A stretch of 64,000 nt of DNA from Candidatus Bathyarchaeota archaeon. Lineage in GTDB: Archaea > Thermoproteota > Bathyarchaeia > Bathyarchaeales > DTEX01. Below, piece by piece: positions 12,848 through 23,071 of the stretch. Made by a program: the position numbers and the translations under genes. Where the stretch lies: NCBI GenBank assembly GCA_963714275.1, contig CAVQNT010000006.1, forward strand, positions 352,001 to 416,000, written 5' to 3'. The notes under the pieces were generated by a model that worked only from the letters and a program-made list of their open reading frames with translations, was not told the DNA's origin and made no database searches. Every line of letters begins with the position of its first letter. The first letter of the stretch is position 1.

Positions 12848-13171
12848 CTATTTTCGCTCTAGCTTGAAGATTACTGGTCTTAATCCGTCTGGGCAACATG
12901 CTACTGCAACTCCAGGTTCCTCATACCACTCAGGATACCAGGGATTGCCACCAAACCTGAGCGTCATAATCATCGCGAACATTGCCTCCCAAGCCCAGGT
13001 GCAAAACTCGCTTGGCCTACAACAGTATTCATCAACCTGGAATACCTGTCCTTCTTTGAAGACGGGACATGGACCACTATACTTTGCCTTGATTGGAAGA
13101 TCTTTGAATACCTCTTTGGTGTCAAAACGCTTGAGCACTGTAATCTCTAAGTAACTTGCCTTCCTCTCCAA
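12848..13171 (-). CDS. TIGR04076-like family protein
   Basis: GPCPVFKEGQ, FCTWAW and CCPDGLRPVIFKLER motifs. Confidence 0.8.
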   Translation of the reverse strand: MERKASYLEITVLKRFDTKEVFKDLPIKAKYSGPCPVFKEGQVFQVDEYCCRPSEFCTWAWEAMFAMIMTLRFGGNPWYPEWYEEPGVAVACCPDGLRPVIFKLERK

Positions 13172-13287
13172 ATAAACACCTCACCCATTGTCTAACCCGC
13201 GCACTTTTATGGCTTATGGAAGGACCTTCGTTTGGGTTTGGTGTTAAATTTTAATTAAAAAATAATAATAAGCCTTACGAAATAATG

Positions 13288-13330
13288 CCCTCTCTCCCCT
13301 TAGCTTCACGGATTCTTTAAGTAGGTTTTG
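13288..13330 (+). promoter_or_regulatory. Putative promoter/operator motif, copy 1 (shared with 13986-14028)
   Basis: CCCTCTCTCCCCTTAGCTTCACGGATTCTTTAAGTAGGTTTTG is 30/43 identical to copy 2 and contains a TATA-like TTTAAGTA. Confidence 0.45.
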
Positions 13331-13363
13331 AGCTAGCTAAAGCCCTTAAGGGATGGGTGTGTT

Positions 13364-13642
13364 TTGGGTAAGACTGTTCCTTCTTTCCATATGATGCTTG
13401 AGTCGGAGATTGCTAAGTGGAAAGAATTCGTGAAGGCTCTTCCAGGCAATTCAGACAAAAAAGCGTTTGAAGAGTTGATGAACCACTGCCGCAGGCACAC
13501 CATGGCTGCAGGAGCCTCCGTTAGACCAATCGTATCAGATGCCATGTTCATGTCCATTCTTCTAGCTCACGAAAAAGAACTGAGAGAAATCAAGGCTTCA
13601 CTAAAAAAACTTAACGGTGCCACGAGTAATGACGAACGATAG
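13364..13642 (+). CDS. Conserved archaeal hypothetical protein of the type recalled as accompanying PolB2 operons
   Basis: MGKTVPSFHMMLESEIAKWKEFVKAL..DKKAFEELM..MFMSILL pattern. The family link is from memory, not a search. Confidence 0.55.
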   Translation: MGKTVPSFHMMLESEIAKWKEFVKALPGNSDKKAFEELMNHCRRHTMAAGASVRPIVSDAMFMSILLAHEKELREIKASLKKLNGATSNDER

Positions 13643-13985
13643 TTACCACTAGTCTACTCTCCTTTCTATTTTCAAATTGCATTTCCTAAGCGCGCACCTG
13701 AAGCTCAAGCCAAGGAAATCAAGTTTAAAGTCACTAGTAAAAAGAATAAAACAGCATAAAATTTATTACGTGGAAAAGGAGATGATAACTCTCTGGGAGA
13801 TCCAACCTGTCTAAACATATATTTTCTCATCTCCCCGGCAGTTTGGGTTTCCCAGAAATCCTTTGAAGATGGAGTAGTGAAGATAGTAAGTTACAATATA
13901 ATTCTGAAGTAAACTTGAAACTTTCATAGGGACGGTTTGCGTAGATTAAATAATATTCAGAGAATAGAAAATTCTAAGATAAGAT

Positions 13986-14028
13986 CCCCCTCTCCCTCTG
14001 TCTTCACAGACTGCTTAAATGGATTTAG
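13986..14028 (+). promoter_or_regulatory. Putative promoter/operator motif, copy 2
   Basis: CCCCCTCTCCCTCTGTCTTCACAGACTGCTTAAATGGATTTAG, directly upstream of ORF 14047. Confidence 0.45.
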
Positions 14029-14046
14029 TAGTGTCTCTAAATTGTT

Positions 14047-14358
14047 ATGTTGATAACTGACCAAAGGCGACCAAGGACCATCTGGGGTGAACTTGAGGCT
14101 GGGTTAGGAACCGGACCCAGGTTCAGAGTGTTGCTGCATTTAGCGTTGCATCCGGAGGAATCCTTCACAAAATACGCATTAGTCAAAGCAACTGGGCTGA
14201 GGACTCCAGCTGTAACGGAGCAGATAGAAAGGCTTTCAGAGCTTGGGTGGATCAAAAGGCATGAGTTATTTCCAGCCAAGCATCAAATATGCCTAAACAA
14301 CATAGTTGCCAGACTCGTTCATGACCTTTTTTGCAGTTTTAGAGGTGTCAAAGCATAA
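14047..14358 (+). CDS. wHTH (ArsR-like) domain protein
   Basis: RFRVLLHL..FTKYALVKATGL..VTEQIERLSELGWIKR. Confidence 0.65.
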   Translation: MLITDQRRPRTIWGELEAGLGTGPRFRVLLHLALHPEESFTKYALVKATGLRTPAVTEQIERLSELGWIKRHELFPAKHQICLNNIVARLVHDLFCSFRGVKA

Positions 14359-14373
14359 CAAGCCAGAAAGAAA

Positions 14374-14601
14374 ATGGAGGAAGTGTGTTTGAGGATTTAT
14401 CACCGTGTTTTGAAGCAGCAGTACCGTAAGAAAGGATTTTATGAGTATGAACTGGTCGCTGTGCCCATTCCAAAAAAGTATAATGAATTCATGAAGCCCT
14501 TTCTTGACAAGAACCTCGAAATATCCGTCCAAGTTCTCCCGCCCCCACAAGAAGGATTCATGATGGTTTTGAAGCCCAAAAAGAGCTCTAAACCCCCGTA
14601 A
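14374..14601 (+). CDS. Hypothetical protein (75 aa)
   Basis: Operonic spacing after 14358 and plausible protein composition. Confidence 0.55.
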   Translation: MEEVCLRIYHRVLKQQYRKKGFYEYELVAVPIPKKYNEFMKPFLDKNLEISVQVLPPPQEGFMMVLKPKKSSKPP

Positions 14602-14606
14602 AAACG

Positions 14607-14768
14607 TTTCTACATGTAGAAAAATGCCCTTCTAAAACCAGAAAAAACCATGCCTTGCAAGCTGGAACAGCAACAGTTTAAACATAAAAATGATTAATCT
14701 CCTTATATAGCTGGAATTTTCTACATGTAGAAAAAGTTTGCCTTATAGTGTTTTTCTACGCGTAGAAA
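14607..14768. promoter_or_regulatory. Three copies of a perfect 16-bp palindrome TTTCTAC(AT/GC)GTAGAAA (putative operator array)
   Basis: TTTCTACATGTAGAAA at 14607-14622, TTTTCTACATGTAGAAAA at 14717-14734 and TTTCTACGCGTAGAAA at 14753-14768. Confidence 0.7.
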
Positions 14769-14894
14769 CGAATTCACCGCAGCTTGCACGAAAAATATGA
14801 TACATAAACCTGTGTAAAAAGCTCAAAAACCCCAAGCCAGAGAATTCCTCACTCAGGCAGCCTTGATGTCTTAAGACAGTCTGCTTAAGGGCTT

Positions 14895-15290
14895 GTGGGG
14901 GACATGACAGGAAATGGGAAACCACGACTATCCGTCTTCAAGGGTATAGAAGCAAGACTGAACAGAATTATCCTTCTTATTCTTGGCAGGGAATGTTGTT
15001 TGAACATCTGGCAAGTTTACAAGAGAGTAAGAGAAACCCGAGGTTTTCGGCACCTCAGATACCATGTTATTAACAGACGCATAAGGGATCTGGAGCAGGA
15101 AGGATTCATAGAAGTAACGATGGTAAAAGAGACACCGCAAGGACAAAAAGTAAAATATTATCAGCCAACCACGAAAACCTACCTTGCTTTCCTCCTGGAT
15201 GCCATTAACCTTGACCAACTCATACAATCAGCAAACAACACAGACATCATCACATTACTCGCAGCCCTATCAGCCACAGCAATGTCTTAG
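14895..15290 (+). CDS. wHTH (PadR/MarR-like) DNA-binding protein
   Basis: LNIWQVYKRV..YHVINRRIRDLEQEGFIE..YYQPT helix-turn-helix plus wing. Confidence 0.7.
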   Translation: MGDMTGNGKPRLSVFKGIEARLNRIILLILGRECCLNIWQVYKRVRETRGFRHLRYHVINRRIRDLEQEGFIEVTMVKETPQGQKVKYYQPTTKTYLAFLLDAINLDQLIQSANNTDIITLLAALSATAMS

Positions 15291-15421
15291 CGAGCTCAGC
15301 TATTGGATTAAATCGATTTTTCACAAGTTTTTTGGATTGAATCGAGTAAGGCATTATTAGTGAGCTAGCGATAATTTCTTATTTCTAACCAAACATACAA
15401 TTAATAGAGGAATGAATTATA

Positions 15422-16231
15422 ATGGTTAAATGTTCGAAGTGTGGGTTTGACATCTTCGCTAAGAGTGCAGCTTTCTGCGTTAATTGTGGGGCACCCATTG
15501 AAAGGAAGACGACTGATGCTGATGTATCGAAGCTTAGCGCGCTACCGAATAAGCAGGGAAAAAATGCAAAATCTAGGATTATTGAAGAGTTATCAAATAA
15601 TCTAATCTCCTATAACAAAGAAATTGCTGAAATTGAGAAGTTTTCTGGAGAGAGTCTGAAAATATTCGCAAAAAATATTGAAGGAGACAAGAAGGATCAA
15701 AAAGAGCTTAAGCAATTCCAGCCACAATGCAAAGATTATAAGGACCCAGAAGGATATGAGCGGGATTACAGGAAATACAAACTTATGATAGAAGAGTTCA
15801 TCAAAGATGCAGAAAAATTAGAGCAAGAATTGAAAACAGAAGTTAAAAAGGCTAATGTGTCCGCAGAGAATTATAAAAAACTTTACAACAATATCTCGGA
15901 TGATAAAAAATTACTAGATTGGGTAAAGAAGTTAGAGCCAACAAGCATACTTCAAGACCTAGAAGGGAACTATACTAATCTAGTGCAAGAAGCGAATAGG
16001 AAAAAGGAAAAACCTTGTGAACTCTGCGACGAAGCAAACAAATTGATGGAAGACTTAAAAAAATGTATAGAAGATTTTCAGCTATTGAGCAATGATACCC
16101 ATGAATGGCGCGAGGATACCCAAATGGTGGAGAAAAAAGGAATGATACCAGACACACCGAGAAGAGAGGAAGTAAGAACAGGCCGGTATAGATGTGAAAA
16201 CTGTGGTCAGGTTAGTTTCAAGCCAGATTGA
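15422..16231 (+). CDS. Zinc-ribbon / coiled-coil hypothetical protein
   Basis: N-terminal CSKC..CVNC, a long K/E-rich helical centre, and C-terminal CELC...CENC. Confidence 0.65.
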   Translation: MVKCSKCGFDIFAKSAAFCVNCGAPIERKTTDADVSKLSALPNKQGKNAKSRIIEELSNNLISYNKEIAEIEKFSGESLKIFAKNIEGDKKDQKELKQFQPQCKDYKDPEGYERDYRKYKLMIEEFIKDAEKLEQELKTEVKKANVSAENYKKLYNNISDDKKLLDWVKKLEPTSILQDLEGNYTNLVQEANRKKEKPCELCDEANKLMEDLKKCIEDFQLLSNDTHEWREDTQMVEKKGMIPDTPRREEVRTGRYRCENCGQVSFKPD

Positions 16232-16811
16232 ATACCGTTAGATATTTTTAGGTCGCGCGCTAATCGATTGAGTTAATGTTTCATTTCCTTTTCTTAAGTC
16301 AGTGTAGAAGAAGAGAAACAAAAATCCATTTGAAGGGATATTTGAGGAAAAAGCCAATGTAACTAATCCTTAGACATTGGATTAGTATCTGTTTAAACCT
16401 AAGAATCTGTCTTGGAATCAGAACATTAAAACCCGATGTACACATCAAAAAAGCATTGGAAGAACTAGGACATGGAAAGAACGTCGAAGTATGTGAACTA
16501 ATTTCCGAGTTAATCGGGTATTCTCCTCTGGAATTGGATCAGATATTCTGGTAAACGTGCCTACTCTATGATGAAAACGTGAACGATGAAAACCTTCTTT
16601 TTCTTCGAAGGTTTCCAGAATGTAGTATATTATCAAATTGTAAATTTTCTGTGTTGGATGTTAATTTTCAATGTGGACTTTCATTGTTCTTCCTAATAGT
16701 AAAGTTGTAACTTGATACTGTCCTTTGCAGACCCCGACAAAGGACAGTGTCCTTTGTTGGCGCCAGAAATGTCTTATAGTTTTGTTTCAACAAACATTCA
16801 AGGTGACATAA

Positions 16812-17072
16812 TTGGTCAGTTTAGTGGAGTCATGGGAAGACCTAGAAGAATACGCAAAGTGGTGCAGAACCGGCGCCTACCAGACACGGGAAACCGTTGA
16901 AGGCATCGAGCTTCGGGTCTTCACTGGCAGGTTTGGCTTTGTAAAATGTTTCAGGGAAACACAGGATCCCCTGTTCAATCACATCCTGGAGTTCTGCAAA
17001 ACGGAAGGCTTCATAAAAGTCCTGGGCAACGTGCCAGACGACCTCTTCTTTTCGGTGCACAGAGAATCTTAA
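16812..17072 (+). CDS. Hypothetical protein
   Basis: GGTGA Shine-Dalgarno at 16802 before a TTG start; 86-aa globular-looking protein. Confidence 0.6.
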   Translation: MVSLVESWEDLEEYAKWCRTGAYQTRETVEGIELRVFTGRFGFVKCFRETQDPLFNHILEFCKTEGFIKVLGNVPDDLFFSVHRES

Positions 17073-17087
17073 GTCTTTCAGTAATGA

Positions 17088-18308
17088 ATGGGCAGGGGAG
17101 TGGCTGGCTTCCACAGCTCCGTCAACGCATTCTTTTCACCAAAGCAGGTTCAAACCCCAGATGGGAAGTCCGACATGCATAGCGTCGGCCTGCACCAGCC
17201 CCCCATATGCCCAGAATGTGGCTCATCCAAAGCCTGGAAAGATGGGTTTAGACATGCAGATCAAGGTCTAGTGCAAAGATGGCTCTGCAGAAGCTGCGGA
17301 AAAAGGTTTAGCCAATCAAGCCTAACCAATAAAAAGGAGGACCAGCACACTTTAATGTACCAAGTATGCGTTGCTGACGGAGCTACGAAAAACTTGGACA
17401 CAGTAGAAACCCGAGAAGATGAGGCTAAGCGGGAAGCCACACCAACTTTAGAATTTGCATGGAAACAAAAGAAACGTGGATTATCTGATTCGACTATAAT
17501 GACAAGAACATATAGACTTAAAGTGTTAATGCAAAAAGGAGCAGACCTTTACAATCCTGATAGTGTAGAAACAGTTTTAGCGACGAGCTCATGGACACAA
17601 GCAAATAAACAATTCTTCATCATGGCTTATCATTCGTTCTGTAAAACTATGAACATATCTTGGATACCTGTTAAAGTCAAATATGAACCGAAACAGCCAT
17701 TCATACCTTTAGAAACAGAGATAGATCAATTAATAGCAGGTTGCGGAAAGAGAACAGCCACATTCTTACAAACATTGAAAGAAACAGGTGCAAGAAGCGG
17801 AGAGGTCGCTAAGCTCAAGTGGACTGACGTAAACGAAAAAAACAACACCATAGCCATAAACGATCCAGAGAAAAACAGTAACTCCAGAACCCTAAAAGTT
17901 TCAAGTAAATTAATAGCCATGTTAAACGCCATGCCAAAAAGCAGTATCTTCGTATTCTGCACACACGTAAGATCAATTTACGGCGCATTCTCAAGACAGA
18001 GAAATAAACTGTCAAGAACCCTTCAGAATCCAAGAATCAAGCAAATACACTTTCATACCTTAAGGCATTGGAAAGCCACAATGGAATACCACAGAACCCG
18101 AGACATACTTTACGTGAAACATCTATTAGGACATAAACGATTAGAGAACACAGAAGGTTATACACACTTAATAGACTTTGAATCTGATGAATATTGCGTA
18201 TCACACGCTAAAACCTTAAAAGAAGAAAATACACTCTTAGAAACAGGCTTTGAGTTTATACGATATTCTCAAGAGGATAAAGTAGCCATATACCGAAAGA
18301 GAAAGTAG
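17088..18308 (+). CDS. Tyrosine recombinase/integrase with an N-terminal zinc ribbon (true start probably slightly downstream)
   Basis: Catalytic residues in TGARSGE, EKN, HTLRH, LLGH and the Y of NTEGY. N-terminal CPECGS..KDG..QRWLCRSCGKRF resembles an IS1 InsA-type Zn ribbon. Confidence 0.9.
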   Translation: MGRGVAGFHSSVNAFFSPKQVQTPDGKSDMHSVGLHQPPICPECGSSKAWKDGFRHADQGLVQRWLCRSCGKRFSQSSLTNKKEDQHTLMYQVCVADGATKNLDTVETREDEAKREATPTLEFAWKQKKRGLSDSTIMTRTYRLKVLMQKGADLYNPDSVETVLATSSWTQANKQFFIMAYHSFCKTMNISWIPVKVKYEPKQPFIPLETEIDQLIAGCGKRTATFLQTLKETGARSGEVAKLKWTDVNEKNNTIAINDPEKNSNSRTLKVSSKLIAMLNAMPKSSIFVFCTHVRSIYGAFSRQRNKLSRTLQNPRIKQIHFHTLRHWKATMEYHRTRDILYVKHLLGHKRLENTEGYTHLIDFESDEYCVSHAKTLKEENTLLETGFEFIRYSQEDKVAIYRKRK

Positions 18309-18367
18309 GAAAAGACGTGTTGATAACGAAAAAAGCATGCTACAAGAGCATTCATGCGTGATGAGAC

Positions 18368-19526
18368 ATGGCGTTGATTGATTTACGAAGCCAAAAAGTG
18401 GCAAAAACCAAGGATGAAATGATTAAACATCTGAAAAGTTTCCGTCTGGAACCCCGTTTCTCAGCAGGAGTGTGGTTCTTTTTTCCGGGAGGAAGCAGGT
18501 TCCACGAAGCATTCATAGAGAAAGGCTCAATCCAAGACATACTAGATAAAGTTGCAGCTCTCTACGACCGTGGCGTGGTTGATTCCAGCTTTGGTCTGGA
18601 AGCCCATTTCCCAAACGAAGTAAACGATGAGCTCATTGACAAGTACAAGAGTCTCCAGAAAGAAACGGGCATAAAGCTCGATTACCATAGTTCCCAACCT
18701 TTTCTATGAGAAGACGTTTGAGTTTGGTTCCCTCTCCAACCCGAACCCGAAGGTCAGAAGGAAAGCCATCGACAGAACCATCAAGTCTCTTGAACTCAAC
18801 AAAGAACTGAATACAGAATTCAGTATTGTTTGGCCTGGCGGGGATGGCTATGAAAATCCAGCGGGAACCGAGTTCTACCTCATGTGGGACAACTTCGAAA
18901 AAGGATTAGCGGAAGCCATGGACGCCGTTCCTGGTGTAAGGGTCGCCATTGAACCTAAGCCCTACGAACCCAGAGGAAACAACATCTACCGAAACACGGC
19001 GAACGGAATCCTCATGACCAGAAACGTCGAAGCCCTATTTTCATCCAAGGAAAATAAAAGATTACTCAGTGAAGGTCATGCATTAGTTGGATTGAATCCG
19101 GAAGTCGGTCACGTCCTGATGGGGCACGAGGAACTGGCGTATTCCTTCGCGTCCATCCTCCGGGAAGGCAGACTAGCCCACACGCACTGGAACAGCCAGC
19201 CTTTAGGCAATTACGATCAGGACTTAAACGTCGGAGTCTTAGGGCTTGACCAAATGTTTGCCACGTTGTTTGTCCTGAGAATGTACGGGTATAGGTGCAG
19301 GTTTGGAATAGACATCAATCCGGAAAGGATGCCTGTGGAAAAGGCTTTGGTCCTGAACATCAATGCGCTTAGAGCTGCCTGCGACCGTGTGAACGAGGTG
19401 GACTGCGACAGACTCGTTGAAGCCATGCATAGTCCTGAACAGAACAGAGGCGTAGTTGAAGACGTGATGACGAGAGCCCTAGCTCCGCAGTCGACGCGCC
19501 TCATTAACCTCGACAATGTAGACTAG
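18368..19526 (+). CDS. Xylose/rhamnose isomerase-like TIM-barrel sugar isomerase; frameshift near 18680
   Basis: VWPGGDGY, IEPKPYEPR, NPEVGH and HWNSQ..YDQDL metal-binding motifs. Confidence 0.8.
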
Positions 19527-20494
19527 CTAAGACTTTTTCTGCAACCTGAAAATCATTCTTTGCTTCATCCACGGAGCCAACTCCGACCATGCAGGCGTCC
19601 ACTTCGACTTTTTTGAAAACGTAGGTTAGTGCTTCCTCAGGCGGGATTCTGCCCCCAGCAAACGGTTTGATGGCGACTACGAGTTTTCCCTGTTTTTTCG
19701 CATCTTTAATGGACGTTTCCGCTATTTTCTGCGTTGGAAACATCATGGCGCCAAGTTTGTTAACTGGCGTAATGAATCCATCATACCCCTTAACGAATCT
19801 TTTAGAGATTAATTGATGGGACGCTCCAATATGGTGTGAACCTAATAAGACGTGATGTCCCGTTTGACTGGTCTTATCAAGGAGCTCCTCAAGTAAGTCT
19901 ATCCGCGAGATTGCTAGGAAATCGGTTCCTGAGCCGGGTTCAATCCAGCCTACATTGTAGTCATTGAATTCATTAATCGATGCTTCCCAAACTTTCCAGT
20001 TGACCTTCAAATCATTTACGAGCTTATCGTGTTTATACGATTTTGCTGAATTGAGTCCTTCCTTCCATCCTTGTCGGTAGTTCAGGATTGGGTCTTCGAG
20101 GTATCTTTGCGTAATTATATTTCCGTATTGCCTAGCCTCATGTTCCAAATGGGTTTTCCATCTTCGGTAGTCGTCTACTCTTTTTCCTTTGAACCTGAAC
20201 GGCACGTCGATGCATGGTATGAGCCAAATCTGCTTTTCGTCCTCAGCCTCGATTTCTTTTACTGCGTCAAGGTAGTTTGGGGCAAGAGGGTTGAAGGTTC
20301 GGCTTGAGGCAGCAAAGAACTTCACGTCGTGGTTCAGGGCGGTTCTGATGACTTTCTTCGTTTCAGCCTTGTTTCGGAATCTTTCATTGTATTCGCTGTC
20401 TTTAGTTGTGCCTTGGTAGCCTGACTCCAAGCATAGGAAGGTTGCCTAGAATTATCCTGTGCTTCCTCAGAATTTCGGTGGATGCTAAGGTCAT
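19504..20494 (-). CDS. Aldo/keto-reductase-like TIM-barrel hypothetical protein; 5' frameshift
   Basis: C-terminal VAIKPFAGGRIPPEEAL..CMVGVGSVDEA. An upstream ATG at 20494 lies in another frame. Confidence 0.55.
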
Positions 20495-20589
20495 GTTTCT
20501 TCAACCTGTTAGCTTATGGTTCTTTAGGCGTTCGTAACAACATCTATGTATAACGTAAAATGTAGGAAGACGTTTTTTTTATGCCAGCC

Positions 20590-20904
20590 TTATTTGTTGT
20601 TTGCTTGTTTGGGGAGAACCTTGAAGTGCGGTTGAAGCCTGTCGGAGCTCAGCAACGCGTTCATGGAAAAGTAGGTGTCAGAGAACTTTTGTTTAACCAT
20701 TTCTTCGAGGTCCTGCGCGGAATAGATTTTTCCGACTTCCAGCTTCAGCTGCTCATCGATCATCGCGTCCACGATGCTGGTTTGTTCGATCACGGTGCCG
20801 CAGTCGCCGCAGAAGGTTGCCTCAGTGTCTCTCAGGATGGTCCCTGAACCGCATTTAGGGCATTTTATGCCTTTAACTTGAAAAAGGTCTTTTTCGACCA
20901 TCAC
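20590..20904 (-). CDS. Zinc-ribbon protein
   Basis: CPKCG...CGDCG motif. Confidence 0.55.
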   Translation of the reverse strand: MMVEKDLFQVKGIKCPKCGSGTILRDTEATFCGDCGTVIEQTSIVDAMIDEQLKLEVGKIYSAQDLEEMVKQKFSDTYFSMNALLSSDRLQPHFKVLPKQANNK

Positions 20905-21010
20905 CGCCCACGAATATAGAATGTGCAGACAAGATTAATACAACTTTCTATCATTGTTGAGAAAGTGATGTTAGAGTTATATGAGTGCCCTCTAGAAATG
21001 ACTAATATAA

Positions 21011-21938
21011 TTGAAGATGTTTATTGCAGTAAACCAAGACAAAAATGGAAGGAGAAAACAAGCAGTGAAGAAAGTTAAGTATGAAGAAATGTTTCCACAC
21101 GAAATTGAGGAAATAATGCATGAAACACCCATCGCCTACCTCGCTTTAGGAACCTTGGAATGGCATGGACCGCATCTCGCACTGGGAAATGACGCCGTCA
21201 AAGCCTACGAGTCTGTGCCTACGCATAGCCACGAAAACGGGTGGCATCGTTGTGCCGCCTACGTTCTGGGCGATTGGCGGAATGCCCCAGCCGTGGACGA
21301 CAAGGTTTACTGAAGAATTGATTGGACAGCTATTTTACGGAATTTTTGAACAACTGTCACATGTCGGCTTCAAAGTAATCGTTGCTGTAACTGGGCATTA
21401 TGGGCATGAACAAGTGCTGACACTAAAGCAGGAAGCCCTCAAGTTCATGTTGAGAAACAACACAGTGATTTTTCCCATAGCTGAATACGAAGTCACGACG
21501 GACAAGGGCTACCGTGGGGACCACGCCGCGAGATGGGAGACCTCTATTTTGTGGTATCTTCGCCCAGAACTTGTTGACATAAACCGACTACCCAAGACCG
21601 AAAAGATCCTGAACGTTTACGACCACGGAATAATGGGGGAAGACCCGAGAGCCAACGCGTCGCAGGAACTGGGAAAAGATATAGTCACCATAATAGTTAA
21701 TCGCCTTGCTGAAACGTCGTTGCAGCTGTTAAAAAATACCTCGCAGTTCCAGCGTTCAATGTACATTACAGCCCTCTCTAGGCAAGTGCAAATATTGAAC
21801 AAGAACATTCTAGCGAAGTTAAGGAAGGAGGGAGACGAAGCGAAGCTTGAAACTTATTATCAGTTCCTTGACCTCGTCTGGAAAGGAAACTATATTGAAG
21901 CAATAAAGACAGCAGATATTCTACTTGCAGAAGAGTAG
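21011..21938 (+). CDS. Creatininase/creatinine amidohydrolase family protein; frameshift near 21210
   Basis: GTLEWHGPHLALGND, GHYG and DHAARWETS motifs. Confidence 0.85.
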
Positions 21939-21959
21939 AAATGCCCAAAATTAAAAGAA

Positions 21960-22941
21960 TTAACGATACGGGTATCTTCCGTATTTTTGCCCCGTTTTCG
22001 ACAAGGTTACCGCGTTGACGGGCGGGACTCCCTTGTAGATGCAGTTGCTTGTGGTCAGAAAGTATCCTCCTCCGGGAGATGCATCTCTTATGCATTGTTT
22101 TGCTTCTTCCGCGACCTGTTCAGGTGTCCCGTAAGCCATCGTCGTGGCTGCGTCCACATTTCCGCAGAGAGCCAACTTGTCGCCATAATGTTGTTTAACC
22201 TCAGCCAGCTTCATGCCTGCGCTCGGGTCCACGCTGTGCAGCGCGTCTATTCCGGTTGCCACAAGGTCGTTGATGATGGACCAGATGTAGCCGTCCGTGT
22301 GCTTCACAAAGTAGATGCCTTTACTGTGAGCAGCCTCAACCATCTGCCTAAGGTACGGAAAAACCAAGTCGCGGTAAACCCACAAGGAATAGAAGGGACC
22401 CTCCTTAAGGCAGTAGTCTGTGCAGTCGAACACGAGCTCAACCCCAGCGTCCGCCTGCTCCTTAATGTTTTCGACTGACACTTTGATCATCTCGTCCATC
22501 ATCTTCCTTAACTCGGTGGATTTCGAATAAATTTGGTGCACGAGGCTAGCCATGTTTTTGCCATCTGGAATGCCAATGGTTCCCGAGGCTGACCCAGCGA
22601 TCATGTGGTCAGGCGCGATTTTCCTGAGAATTTTAACCGCCTTGATTGGATCTGGAACGAACCCGACTCTTATGATGTCATAGCCCATTTTTTTGCAGGT
22701 TTCAGCCAAAACGTGCGCGTTGTGTTCTGTGATATCTAAGCCTTTTCCCCGTTCGGTCATTTCTGCGTCTTGTTTAAGGAAGTCTTTGAAAACCGTTTTT
22801 GTCCATTCGTCCGGTTCCGAGCTGATGGCGTAGCCTTCGCCGATTATTTCCTCGGGATACTGGAACTCGAGCTCAAACATCGGCACACGGTCAGGCTCTT
22901 CGAGACTCCAAGGCGCAAATTGCCCTTTCACGCGACTTCAT
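21960..22941 (-). CDS. Uroporphyrinogen decarboxylase (URO-D/MtaA-CmuA) family protein
   Basis: EEPDRVP, KHTDG, LCGNVD and GGYFLTTSNCI. Probable start MKSRER at 22941 with a frameshift. Confidence 0.8.
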
Positions 22942-23071
22942 CCAAGACCCTCAAATGTTGAAGACCCAATAATTGAACTCCGACTATTTTAGTGTTAAGC
23001 CATCCAATCAACTATATTGTTAGCTGAAATCCAAAAAAAAGTTTTCTGGGTTCATGACTATATCTTAAACC

